Shown here piece after piece: positions 13,223 to 25,938 of a stretch of 64,000 bases of DNA (positions are counted from its first letter, which is position 1; each line of letters starts with the position of its first letter). Both the position numbers and the translations under genes were made by a program. Origin of the DNA: Eledone cirrhosa (lineage: Eukaryota); assembly GCA_964016885.1 (NCBI GenBank), contig OZ024742.1, forward strand, positions 225,494,001-225,558,000, in the 5' to 3' direction. The notes beneath the pieces are model-generated. The model ran no database searches, was not told the DNA's origin, and saw only the letters and a program-made list of their open reading frames with translations.

Positions 13223-14589
13223 AACTTGTTTTAAGTTCTGATAAAAAAATTCCTAATATAAGATATACATGGATGCAGTAACTACTATGTAGTTTACTAG
13301 TTTCCCTCACAATTGTCATTTTTGGCTCAATTAAACTGCATGGCAGCCCTAAACCCCTTACAAAGTTTTTATTTGTTTGTCTTTCTTTTTAAAACAAATT
13401 TTCAAGGTACACAAAATTCCAAACATTTACAACCTAGAAAAAATAACATGAAAAACAGGAAGTACTATTATCTCCCTTCTCAATGCCAAAACACTATAAA
13501 TGTCACATAAAAACAATCTTTACAAACATCACATAAAATAACTAAAATTCTGCAATAGAAGACGAACAGCATTGGAAACATCTTTATGAAACCAAAACAT
13601 TTTATCATTAACCACGTTTCTGTAATAACAATTCAAGAACATTTTTGCAAGCGAATTATCCATATTCTAACTACTATACACATTAATAAATATTTTTACT
13701 CCACTTCTCAAAATATACTCACTACTGGCTCTTCAGTGGGGTCAATGACCAACAACTTCCCTAGTGTTTGCACCATGATAAAATGCATCCATTACATTCA
13801 ATAAAGTGATTGGTGTTAGGAAGAACATCCTCCATAGAAATCATACCAAAATGGTTGAGGGGGCTGATGTCCGACAACCTCCCTAGGGTAGGTTGCCACA
13901 ATAAAACACACTAAAGCGGTTGGTATTAGGGAAACTTGCTAAACACAGGGTTGAGAGGGTTGTTCAGTTGAGTCAAGGACTAACTCAGTACATTCTGTAA
14001 AATGTATGAATAAGAAGTGATGTGATGCTCCCAGCCCGTTTGTGAGAACAGTGACTCCAATTGAGTGCTGGCTTGGTCTATGGTGACTAGCCAAACTTAT
14101 GCCAGCAACAAAAATCAAGCATTAAAAGAAAATATTATATATCATCATCGTCATTTTGATGTCCGCTTTCCCTGCTAGCAAGGGTTGAACGGGTACATAG
14201 ACCAAGCCAGTACTGAAGTGGGGCTGCTGATCTGAATAGGCCAGGGACTTGTATCTTGCTTATGTACGGTTTCACATTCTACTGAGTGCACAAGAGAGAT
14301 TGACATGTCTTTGACACAACTGAAGAATCTTCCCAATCCTTTGTTTGGTAAGCTTTCTACAGCTGGATGCCCTTCTTATCACAAACCACTTGGGTGCATT
14401 TATTGTGTAGGTCACCAACATTAGAGAGGTTTTCATACCCTGGTATGACTGAAGGGTCCTTTTGACACCCTTCTTTGTTCTCTCTCTCTCTCATGGAGAT
14501 GAGAACACTCAGTGCCAGAAATGGGAGGTGTAGTGATGGGGTACAGGGAGTAACTACTTTTATATATATATATATATATTTTTCCCTTT

Positions 14590-15000
14590 AAACATCTTGT
14601 GATGAACCTAGACACATCATCAGTGATGTATGTTACTTGGGGTCATTTGTGTTTCGGATCTTTCAATATCTGACTCTTCCATCCAGACAACCTAAGCTTC
14701 AGTTTGTATCCAGTTAGCATTGCACCATCTATGACTTATCTCTGAGCCACAACCACTTTGAAGCAACCTGTCACATCAGTGGGTAACTTGATGGACTTCC
14801 TCTACTGGCCCCTGTGATGCCCAGTATCTTGACTGACTGACATGCAAACTCTTTGCATTCTACCCCAATAGGATTACACCATGCTTACTACTAGTTGTTC
14901 TGACATACTTCCACCAGCTCTACATATTTCACTGCCATTCAATGGTAAATCATTCATAGTTTATCAAAAATCAGGTTATGGGCACCTGAGGAAGGAGTTC
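14590..15000 (-). mobile_element. HERO-like (REL endonuclease) LINE 3' fragment
   Basis: Minus-strand KYVELVEVC...AWCNPIGVECKEFACQSVKILGITG...ASKWLWLR; 3' UTR with gatccgaaacac...catcactgatgatgtgtc. Confidence 0.6.
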
Positions 15001-15455
15001 TGTCAGGTGAAACGGCCGATGCAGCAGATATTACAGTGTCATGGCAATGCTATCACCATCTTGCCCGAAAAGTGCAGCTGAGCTGTACCATTCAGCCAAG
15101 GATGTAACGTTTGCCTTTTCCTCTTTTCTCCTCTCACCTTTCTTTTTCTCATTATGATAATGTAAAACTATTTAGAAAATATGAAATGAAGAATTTGAAT
15201 AAATTCCGTAAAAGATACTTTCAATGAAAAATTAAATACACAGCTCACACCTATGAGGGTTTAGCTGGCCTCCTATCATGAAAAATAATATGAAATAAAG
15301 TATATTGCTCAACAACACAATGCTCCACTCAGTTCAGGACTAGAACCCACAACTTTATGATCATGAGCCCAAGACCTTAATCATTATGCCACACGTTTAA
15401 ACCCATGCAATGATGATGATGATGTTCACTGCATTAAAAGTCGCGTGCCACTCAC

Positions 15456-15510
15456 CTGACTTTCTTTACCATCATCCAATGGTTCCATAAGATCACTGAT
15501 AGATACAAAC
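15456..15510 (-). CDS. GDI: Rab GDI exon 10
   Basis: gctag|FVSISDLMEPLDDGKESQ|gtgag; 55 nt. Confidence 0.95.
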
Positions 15511-15903
15511 CTAGCAAGTAAACAAATAAAAGTTTATTATAAACAATGCTGTTTAGGCAATTTATCTATGATTAAACAATAAACTATAAGCAATTTACCT
15601 ATTATTAAACATTAAATTAAAAGTAACCATGTGTGTGTATATATATATATAAAACAAGTAAAAATAAAACCAATATAAAAATATTTCAATTTTGTTGTTC
15701 TGTCATGAGCTCAATAAAACCCATTCCAGAGCATAATTATGAAATAATTGTTTCTACTTTAGGCACAAGGCCAGCAATTACCCAGTACATTACTGGTACT
15801 TTATACTTATGAAATAATATTACAGAAACATTATTATATATTGTAATAGATATGACAAGGTACAAAAGTAATCAGAATGTAAAACCATTACTTGTTATAC
15901 CTA

Positions 15904-16087
15904 GGGCGGTGGATTGGCAACGGTAGAGGGTCGGACGCCATGCTTTGACGCATAGAGTTACGGCCCTTGCCATTCTGAGTTCAAATCCCGCCGAGGTTAA
16001 CTTTGCCTTTCATCCTTATGGGGTCGATAAAATAAAGTACCAGTAATACACTGGGTATTTGCTGGCCTTGTGCCAAAAGTAGAAACA
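15904..16087 (+). mobile_element. tRNA-derived SINE with Nin-like domain, with TSD
   Basis: A box tggattggcaacgg, B box gagttcaaatcc, gcctttcatccttatggggtcgataaaataaagtaccag; flanking direct repeat attacttgttataccta (15887-15903, 16088-16104). Confidence 0.82.
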
Positions 16088-16478
16088 ATTACTTGTTATA
16101 CCTAAATTATACCTATATCGCTATTTTTAATCCCAGAGCAAAAAAAAAAAAAATCCACCAATTCAGAATTAGTGGCCTCAGACTCAGTCAGTGATATCTT
16201 AACTAGTACAACAATATATAATTTGTCCATTAGGAGATGAGTTGAATAACTGACATTGCCGTTGCAAGATCGGTAAATGCTACCATGTTGAAATGAAAGC
16301 AATTACATGTGCTTCTTTGGCATCATGTGGACAGTAAAGAGGTTGATGGAAGAGCTAGAAATACCTCAACTCATTCTAATAGAGCAGGTCAACCAAAATA
16401 TGGTAGCAGTTTATTTATATATATATAATCATGAAGTACAAGTCAACAGGTTTTAATTCACTTCGTTTATTCATAATC

Positions 16479-16537
16479 GCTGTTATATATATTTCGGTGA
16501 TAACCATTATACAACAGTTATGACCTCATCAGGCAGC
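16479..16537 (-). ncRNA. Type I hammerhead ribozyme motif (Penelope/retrozyme-like) in GDI intron 9
   Basis: GCUGC-CUGAUGA-[GGUCAUAAC...GUUAUCACC]-GAAA-UAUAUA-UA/ACAGC. Confidence 0.7.
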
Positions 16538-16730
16538 TAGAAGTTGAACAGAAAAACATGAAGAAATAAAGCTTACTTCTGTTTTGATTCATTGATATGC
16601 CCCAGGCTGATATTTGGTGTTGCCTTCTAAAAACACCAGTGACACACACACACACACACTATACCATAACTGTCAATTTATCACCATATAGAGGAAGAGA
16701 ACGCGGGCAGAAAATAAAACAAGTACTCAC

Positions 16731-16875
16731 TTTTGTTTGATAGACCCAAGAAGTTTTAAGCCTATAGCAAGTTCACTCTCAGGGTCATCAGTCTCAACTG
16801 TTGTGCTGACAATTGCCAAGTAAAAATCTTTTGCTGCCACATTATGTGCATATGAAACACAACAAACATAAATAT
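16731..16875 (-). CDS. GDI: Rab GDI exon 9
   Basis: ccacag|(D)[47 protein letters not shown](K)|gtgag; 145 nt. Confidence 0.96.
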
Positions 16876-17498
16876 CTGTGGGGAAAAAAAATAACAGAAA
16901 AGGTACTCTAAAGTCAAAGAACACTGGTCAAAATAATATATTTCTCATCATTATCACAATCAGTTTTAGAGGGTTCTTCAGTTGTGTTAAGGGCACAACA
17001 ACTCTAGTGTTAGTGATGCAATAAAACACATGGAGTACACTAAGATTGCTGGTTATAGGAAAGGCATCCAGCCACAATAAGCTTACCAAACAAAGGGTCG
17101 AGAAGACCCTTCAGTTATGTCAAAGACATGAAAACCTTCCTAGTGCTGGTGCCACATTAAAATACACTCTAGAGCGCAAGAAATATGTAAGTGAGATGCA
17201 GCCCGTGGGCCATCTGACAGACCAGTGGACCTGATTAAATACTGACTTGGTCTGTGGCAACCTGTCCAACCTTAACAGGGATGTTAAATGATTTTCCATG
17301 CTGGCATGTTGTTGAACTCCTGGCATTTCTTCACCCAACAATCATCATCCATATGTATTACATGTCCATACCAGAACAATCTCTCTTGCATGCAAAATTT
17401 GATACCAAGTTTTTCTCTCAGCTCATTCATCATTCATCATTCATTGCACATTAACATTACACATCCAACAGAATATAGAAAAGTAGTGGGATATTTAC

Positions 17499-17601
17499 CA
17501 TTTTGCCTGTTCACTTGGGATTGTGGAATGATTATCTGACACGATAAACTATTATCTGTTTCAGGAATAGGATGATCAAGAATGCAGATTGCTCGAACAA
17601 C
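17499..17601 (-). CDS. GDI: Rab GDI exon 8
   Basis: tatag|[34 protein letters not shown](D)|gtaaat; 103 nt. Confidence 0.96.
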
Positions 17602-18407
17602 CTATACAAGAAAAACATACTGTCATCATCATACATGTAAAACACATTGTCTGTCTCTGTGTGTCAGACCGGTAGAGAATAAATATTGTTGAAATTAAAT
17701 TAAACTACAAAATCATATGTCAATGCTAGTTTGTATCATTCCCGTGTGAAATGTAGTTTTCCCTTTCAAACAATTGTATAATTTGAGTAGCAGAAAACCA
17801 TCCAGAGGGCAGCTTTCCTGTTCATATATCTAATATATTTCTATAATACCCAAAGTGTTGGTTGGTTCGTTTGATGTTGGTTGACATCATATATATAGAG
17901 AGAATTAACATATAAGGTGACGGAGGGGTATACATACTAATTGAAGTAGCAAGTAAATAGTGGGAGAGATAGAAAGACAAATGAACAATAAAGCATTTGT
18001 ACAATATCTCTCTCCTTCTGTGGAAGAAATCAGATGTATTCAGATTTTGAGAGGAAATGAGCTCCATCAGGTTTAACGTACTCAAGATGTATGTCACAAC
18101 AGCACCCTAAGGAATTACAGGTTTATATGCATGAGCAATATAATGAATTGTTTTAGCAAAATACAGGTGTAGTGAATATATATAATTTTATTAATGCATT
18201 TTTATGTATTTACCTACTGTTAATCATAGTAGCAAACACATACTATCAAATTCACCTATTAAGAGAGGGGTAAAAAGTGTAAGTTGAATGTGAAAAGGGG
18301 AGGTAAAGAGTATGAGTTGAATATGAGAGGAGGATTAAGAGTATGAGTTGAGTGAGAGAAGTGTGCCAAATAAAAGTAAAAAAAAAAAAAAAAAAAGAAC
18401 TACTTAC

Positions 18408-18576
18408 TTGTCCAACTTTCTTACACCTCTCTGGAGCATAAGATGGATCACAGATGATCATTTTACAACGAGCTATTTCTCCCTGGGATTTTACTCCTAC
18501 AGCTTTACCATCTTCAAAAATCAGCTCATCAACCGGTTTGTCCAGCATATAAGTCCCACCATAAATTGCACTTAAT
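18408..18576 (-). CDS. GDI: Rab GDI exon 7
   Basis: ttcag|[56 protein letters not shown]|gtaag; 169 nt. Confidence 0.96.
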
Positions 18577-19426
18577 CTGAAATGGAATTATAACAACTAG
18601 TAAGTACAAAACCTCAGAACAAGACAGTTAAACCTGATGAAGCCCATCTCACTCCAGATTTGAGCACAGACAACCACTTAGAGAGAGAGAGAGAGAGAGG
18701 GGGGGGAACAAACCTAGTATTGAACTAGTACTTTATCAAATTCAAAAAGATGAAAAAGTATAAATTGGTTTAACATGTTTCACATTTTTTATACTAAACT
18801 GCCTGAAACTGGCTCTAGTTTTACGATACAAACTTGTATATGTTAAACTTTTTATATTTATCTGACGTAACACGTAACCCAGTACAATTTGTCATATGCT
18901 CACATCATCAGCAACCAAACCATCAAGCCCACCAAGCTTGTTTGGTGATGAGGGTGATTTTTTACTATCAAATATGAGTAGAGTTTGTTAACTTTGGTTA
19001 GCAGTTTGTCTAGAAGGAGCACTGATTTCAAAACCAAGGTAGATGGGACTTAGGAGACAATCTTTCAAGTGGCCAATGTTTTATCCTTGTTATGAAGGCG
19101 GATGAGCTCAGTAGCCAGCTTTCAAGTAATGGTCTGACAAAAATTCAGGACCACCAACATTTTTTTGTCCTTGGTTCCCAACTCCCACTAATGAGGATGG
19201 GAAGACACCAGACCAGACAATATTTACCTAAAAAACCTTCCAACATAATTTTATATTAGAATCTTGAAGTTATGCTCCAAATACTAGTTTAATAATTAGG
19301 TTATATTACTAAATCCTTCCAATTATTTCCCAAATTATTTGAAAATAATAGGCAGTGTTTTTCATTAGAAATACAGTAATGATAGGCAAAAAGAAATAAA
19401 AAGGAAGTAGAAAAAAAAAAGCTTAC

Positions 19427-19558
19427 CGAGCAAATCCCTGTGGTAACTCTCCTAGACCATATAATGGATATAAATATGGAGATCTTCCAAAACGAGATAA
19501 GGAATCACTGTACAGCCTGCATCGTTTCACGGTATCAATAGCAGGTTTATTCAAGTAA
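19427..19558 (-). CDS. GDI: Rab GDI exon 6
   Basis: tttag|[43 protein letters not shown](R)|gtaag; 132 nt; hallmark [19 protein letters not shown] motif. Confidence 0.97.
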
Positions 19559-20260
19559 CTAAATTAAAATAGAAAATATTGATATTAATTCTTAACCTGT
19601 AACGATTTAGCAGAAAATATCTAGATAACAGGTTTGTTAATTCAAATGTTTATAGTATCTTTACCAATGAACAGATTGTTGGGCAAATTTGCAGTATTAG
19701 AGTAAAGACTTTAATATTGAGTGTGATATAGTCAATTATTCTAAAAATTATGTTGCATATGCATGGTTTTTAATTGACACTTAAAATTATGTAATAATTT
19801 ACATAAAAATGGTTATAGTATCTTTACTAGTAGACAAATCATGAACATTTATAGTGTTAAAGACAAACTGTTAATGTGATACAGTCATAGTGCTGTTTTG
19901 TACTTTTCAAGAGTGTTTTGCTAATGTGCTTTCATATGGTACAGGACATTAATAGTTAAAACATGAAAAAATAAAAACAAGGTTAGAGGTATCATTTTAT
20001 GTCCAGTAGTGCTGGTGCCTTGATAAAATGCATCCAGTACAACTTGTAAAATGATAAATGCTCCACCATCATCTATTAATTATGAGAATATTCACATCCT
20101 ACTCTTCTTTTGTATTCTTCGGTGATAATGGCTACTGATTAAGGAGCTTATGGGGTAAAAAGAACAGATATTGTGGTCACTTCATTTCTACCCGTAACTA
20201 ACACTAAGCCATACATACGCCTTCAAACCCTTAACATTCCAAAGACAAATGATTACTTAC

Positions 20261-20459
20261 TTGTCATTTAAATACAAGGATAAAGCATGTCCAGTAAAGT
20301 CGATAGTATTGCTATCCAAACCATAAGACTTATATAATTCTTCTGATGTAGACTTTGTGGGGTCCACGCAACCCCAGGTTTTGGGGTCATCATCATCATA
20401 CTCCTGAACAAATAGTAAAAACTTACGGAAGCGACGTTTCTCAAACAATCCTAACAAAG
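20261..20459 (-). CDS. GDI: Rab GDI exon 5
   Basis: tttcag|LLGLFEKRRFRKFLLFVQEYDDDDPKTW...IDFTGHALSLYLND|gtaag; 199 nt. Confidence 0.96.
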
Positions 20460-20763
20460 CTGAAAAACAAAACAAAATATCCATGCATAATAAATCACAT
20501 ATTTATGTATAATACATATCTACCTATAATATACTAGGGAGAGGATCAGGGGTGTATAACACTCCACTTATCCAGCAGGCAGTATAAGGTTAGCTCGATG
20601 TCTGAGGACAGAGCCGTGATATAATAAATAACAAAGAACGCCTATAGCATATGCATATCTTTAATATGCATCCACATATAATATATACCCAGAAACTCTG
20701 TAGAAATCCAATATATATCAATACATGAAAAAAAATCTCTAATTTTTCCATGTTTACTGGACA

Positions 20764-20889
20764 ATGCCCACTGAAGATCCATATGCCAGTTCCAGGATGA
20801 TGGTGCTACTGACTGCTGGGATATACGCTTATTTACGTAACTGTTACTAGCAGTTCAGCTTTTGGTGAAACTAGCATTAGTTTGGGTAT
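20764..20889 (+). ncRNA. Type I hammerhead ribozyme motif with long stem II, probably decayed
   Basis: AUGCCCA-CUGAAGA-...-GAAA-CUA gcau UAG-UU/UGGGUAU. Confidence 0.55.
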
Positions 20890-21074
20890 CTATCAATATT
20901 TTTTAATATTTTTTTTGACTGACTACTCAGTATTGCTACTACACCACTGATTCAGTAGTAAATACTGTCACTGGATTCATTCCAGTTAGCATTGAGTAAG
21001 ATAGTGTGTGGCATGATGTTACAGTATCATGGATGCAAGAAGCACCTTTGTGGTAATGTGATTTTGTATTATAT

Positions 21075-21249
21075 ATATTGTTATACTTTGGGAGGGTAAT
21101 GCTGCCAATAAAAGAACACAAACACCTGTTGGGTTTGACAATTAATTAAACTAAACAACTGGGAAATTATAATAATAAATTGAAGTGAGACTGAACAGGT
21201 GCATGTCTTCTATTATTGGCAGCATGATCCTCCCAAAGTATAACAATAT
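21075..21249. mobile_element. MITE with 56-bp TIRs
   Basis: 21075-21130 vs reverse complement of 21194-21249: 50/56 identical. Confidence 0.8.
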
Positions 21250-23000
21250 CCGTTTCAATACATGTTTTCTGATTACTGCGTGGACTGAATGCTTTTTGCC
21301 ATAGCACCAAAACGACCTCCTTACAGAATGGACTGGGTGCTTTTTATCGTGTCACTAACACAACCAAATTACAGATTGGCTACGCGCTTTTTGTCTTTGG
21401 TTGCGACAGTAGTAGCACAATAAGAAAGCAGGCATAAGGTGTGGATGGGAAAGGTGAGTGAGAGAGGCCTATGGTAGGAATCTTAGATGGTGAGGAGGGT
21501 TGTATTAAGATGTGGAATGGTGTGGGTGGAGATTGTTGTAGACTAGTGTCCTCTAGATGTTTTCTTTATCTTGTGTATATGGGAAGACAGTCTTTTGCAG
21601 TACAGCATGTCGCCAGAGATTTTAATCTTGTGTCATCATCTTTGAAAGGTTAATTGTGCAAGATCATCTTTTACCACTTCATCTCAATCTTTCCTAAGTC
21701 TTCCTCTTCCAAGGCTTCCTACAACTTTGAGTTCCTGCACTTTTTGATACAGCTGTTATTTTCCATTCAAATCACATGACCATACCACCACAATCTCCTC
21801 TCCTGCAATGCTGCATTTGACCCCCTCTTATGCCTAGTTTCTCTCAGTTCATTGATACTTCATCACTCATGTATTTTAGTATTTCACATCTATCGAAGTA
21901 TGCAAGCTTCATTTCTTGCCAATCATCATAACTTCTCTGTAGACAGCGTCCTGGCCTCACTTCCATGCAGCATTGCCATTCGTACACAAGCATCGTATAA
22001 TCTGCCTTTCATTTTCAGGGAAAAACTTTTTGTAGCTAGCAGTGGTAGTAGCTCCCTGGACTTTTCCCATACCATTCTCTCTAGTTACTTACTGTACTTT
22101 CAGAATACACACCTCCATTGCTAATTTGGTCACCCAGCTGACTAAAGCTATTACAGAGCCCTCTGAGAATTCAATAGAACTTGTTTTCTGTGAGCTCTTG
22201 CTGCTTACTTTTTCTGTACATCAACTACATATAAAACCTATGCTCTTTGCTAGCCTGCCTGAGATCCCACTACATATCTTGTGTACTCATAGTTTGCATA
22301 AATGAAAGGACATCAGATGGAATTTCTACCTACTCCTTTCCTGCACACTGAGCAAAGTCATTTTCATGAAGGGATCAGGACCTTGTTTTCCTTTCTACTT
22401 ACTAGGACTTTAATCCTTGCCCAGTTGATTTTAAGATTTTTTTTGATTCCAAGTTATGCATTCAGCTCTGAAGTTTCTTCTTTAATTCTGCCATAAATTC
22501 AGCTATGAGGGCTAGATTATTGGCATATAGGAGTTCCCATAGACAGCCAGTTTTAAACTCTTCCTTTATAGCCTGGAATGATGATAAACAGGAGTGGACT
22601 GCTATTCACATACTAAACTCTTCACTATAATCATTAATTCTAACCTTGCAGACAGCTCCTCTGTACATGGCTTGTACCTATCCTCTTTCCATGCATTCTC
22701 CTCATTTAACAGCCTCTCATAATACAATTCCATGCTACTTTCTTTTCAGTATCAGTGAGGGCAAGTGCGCATTATCATCCTGGATACACTTCTTCCCAAC
22801 AATGGCAAGATTTCCCGTCGGACTGCTTCGCAAACCCAAACACCACGTCTTTGGTCCTTACGTCACAAATACAGGCATTTATTTTATTTTCTGCTTCTCT
22901 TCTTGCAAAGTATACTTGTCACCTAGCTTCTCCCATTCTTTCCATACCTGTTTCTTGGCCTTATTTGTCTCATCCACCCTACTATTCCACTATCAAGCTA
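21250..23000 (-). mobile_element. Decayed, internally deleted RTE LINE
   Basis: Homologous to the 56.2-58.3 kb RTE (e.g. ctcctttcctgcacactgagc, ggagttcccat, caagcatcgtataatctgcctttcatt). Confidence 0.8.
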
Positions 23001-23427
23001 CCCATCTCCCTGCAGTCCTGCTGCAGTCACAGATGCATGAATGGATGAGCTGAGAGAAGACTGCACTGGTATGGACATGTGATGCATATGGATGATAGAT
23101 GAAGAAATGCCAAGAAATCCGAGAGGAAGGAAACTGCTGCAGAGGAAGATCAAAGACCTGGAGAGAAGTAGTGAGAGCAGATCTTAAAACGTTGAACCTT
23201 GCATAGGAGATAAAAGAATACAATAATTTGAAGGCAACTGTGTTGGAAAAGACCCATCCATCCACGCAAGCATAGTAAAACAGACAAAAAAGTATTATGA
23301 TGATTATTTTAGGAAAGGCAGTGCAATACAAGTTTTTCTCTTAACTCCACTGTGCTTTGCTGTTCATGCACATTAGCAAAGATATTTAAAAAAATACAAT
23401 TTATAAAAATTCTTAAAGTATACTCAC

Positions 23428-23565
23428 TTGAACTCATAGCTTCTCTTTCTGATGCTGGTACTTTATAAATTTTTCCACATTTTCTAAATACAAAGCTACC
23501 TTCAATTGATTTGAACTCTAAATATCTAGTGACACCAGTTTTTATTAAAATCTTCACCAACTGAC
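23428..23565 (-). CDS. GDI: Rab GDI exon 4
   Basis: tttag|(G)[45 protein letters not shown]|gtgag; 138 nt. Confidence 0.96.
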
Positions 23566-24249
23566 CTAAATGAAAAATTAAAACATAAATGAATTAAACT
23601 TAAGAAAACCTAACTATAAAAAGAGATGGGATACATCAGATACACACAGAACTTGTAATAATAATATATTCAAAATATTTGAATATTTGAATATTTGAAT
23701 CAAATCGATCGACAAGATCCCAGATCTAATTCGCTTACTGACTGGGGTAGAACTCGTCAAATCGGACCAAATAAAGCATGTGGCTGAGTAGTTAGAGAAT
23801 CAAATTCTTAATTGTGAGGTTGCAAGTCCTATTCCCAGACTGGGTGATATGTTAAGTCCTTGAACAAGACATTTTATTTCACGCTCTTTCTGTCAAGAGT
23901 TGCAGCCGGTAAATAATATCAGCAATGGAAAGACCAATAGAAAACAAAATGTTTAAAATATACTAATATATTTAGATGTAAGTGGTATTAATTATATGCA
24001 ACAACACAAACATTTTAAGGCCATTTTCCCTGCTAATGGCTAGCTGCTCTTCTTGGCACTAAACCCCTTTAGTTGCCTCTTAAACAACTGAGATATGGAA
24101 AATAGCAATTAGCCAAAAAAGAAATTCTGTTTAATCCAGAAAGGCTTTAACATGGATTACAAAAGAAATAAAAATACAGAAAGTATATATATTGAGTAGC
24201 TTAACCCTTTCACAATCATGTTTTTAATAACACACTGTATTTCAATTAA

Positions 24250-24479
24250 TTAACCCCTCCATTACCATATTTCTAATGAAAGACATTGCCTATAACTTTC
24301 AAATCATTTTGAAAATAATCAAGAATTTGAATTAATTTAATAATATAACTTATTATTAGAACTAGTGTTTGGAACAAAATTTCTTACAGAATTATGATGA
24401 AAGGTGTTTTGATAAAAATGAATCTTAAAATAAACAGCATCATATAGAACCAAGGACAGTTTGGTATCAAAAGGGTTAA
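24250..24479. mobile_element. piggyBac-like MITE family A (representative; other copies ~5584-5840, 11751-11970, 18770-19385, 34530-34755, 36153-36378, 37969-38325, 41790-42000, 60240-60450)
   Basis: TTAACCC...accatatttctaatgaaa...ttggtatcaaaagGGTTAA. Confidence 0.75.
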
Positions 24480-24684
24480 GGAAAAATTTTTAAGTGTTTA
24501 CTAAAATTAATCATTTCATTAAGATGGTATTTTTAACATAACATATGCTTCTTATATCAAATTATATTGGAAGATTTTAATTCAACTCTTTTGTTTTATA
24601 GAACCAGGGATGGTTTTTAGGTGAGTTGGTATCAAAAGGGTTAAAACAAACAATTTCTAAAAGAAATACACAATATATTCTTAC

Positions 24685-24781
24685 CATTTGCCATAAGGAA
24701 TTTAGGAATAAGGTCGACATTCCAATCTCTACCTCTACCAAATTCACTTGGTGGGGCTCCCATGCCAAATTTGGAATAAAG
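24685..24781 (-). CDS. GDI: Rab GDI exon 3
   Basis: ttacag|LYSKFGMGAPPSEFGRGRDWNVDLIPKFLMAN(G)|gtaag; 97 nt. Confidence 0.96.
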
Positions 24782-24880
24782 CTGTAACATTGGAAAAATA
24801 CATCAATATGACGTTATAGTCACTTATATATTATGAAATACTGTTGGCTTCACGCTCACAATAATTTCTATACTTTCATT

Positions 24881-24916
<36 letters not shown>

Positions 24917-25938
24917 GACATATACATACACAAAAAACAACAGCATACAAATCTATTATGATTATACACCACTTTCTGTCCATCTGTCAAAAACATTATG
25001 AGCTGACAAAAGAGTTATAAAATCATTTAGAATTCACTTCTCTGCTAACAGTTTTTCCTGGCTTAGTGGTTATGGTATCCAGTATACAATTGTAAAGTTG
25101 TGAGTTCAATTCCCAAAGTAGGCATCATGAGTCCTCGAGCAAAATATTTTTTATTTCTTATTGCTCCAATCCACTCAGTTAGATAATATGAGTTGAACCT
25201 GTAATTCAAAAAACCAGCCTTGCCAGACACTCCTATGCTGAATCTCTCTCAGAACTACATTAAGAGGACACGCGTGGAATGCTCAGCCACTTGCGTGGTA
25301 ATTTTTGAGTTGGTTGTTCTGTTGGTCAAACAACTGGAACACATAGACAAACAGAACAGTTAAGTGACCATTGTAAGTGTAAATATAGATACACAGTTTA
25401 ACTGGGAAATCAAATATTTCTTACTCCATCTGTTAAACGAGTTATATACTAATTAACTATGAAAATAGAACATCACCATTTTACACTGGTAGGTATGGGT
25501 TCTACAGCTGAATGCCATCACAACATCAACATTTTAGAGTGTACTGGATGCATTTTATCATGGCACCAGCACTACTACTTTTCCATTTAAAATGCCTCAG
25601 AATTTCAAACCTTTGAGCAACCAAACTGAAAACATAGGTGTAAAACTCCTCTAATCCTGTTGAGAACATAACCTCTCTAGTACTGATACCGTAATAAAAT
25701 GCACCCAGTACACTCTGTAAAGTGTTAGTGCTGGTATCACAATAAAATGTACCCAATAAATTGTCAGGTAGTTGACACTGAGGGTATCCAACTATAGAAA
25801 CCATGCCAAATATTGAATGTATCATCAAAATGAGGTATCTCTGCCCCCTCAAGTCTTAGAGTATCCAACCTATGCCAGCATGGAGAGCAGGCATAAAATG
25901 TGGTATTAATAATTATTTGATTTTTCTTGCTTTAACTG

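Noticed and set aside
17700-17762. Paired ACTACA (Staf/ZNF143-like) motifs
   Set aside because: The TCCCA half is degenerate and there is no other promoter evidence
17995-18045. H/ACA snoRNA on the minus strand
   Set aside because: A 3' hairpin plus ACA is conceivable, but no H box or 5' hairpin could be supported
18634-18670. Hammerhead at ctgatgaagc
   Set aside because: No downstream GAAA or stems; better explained as one arm of the exon-7 inverted repeat
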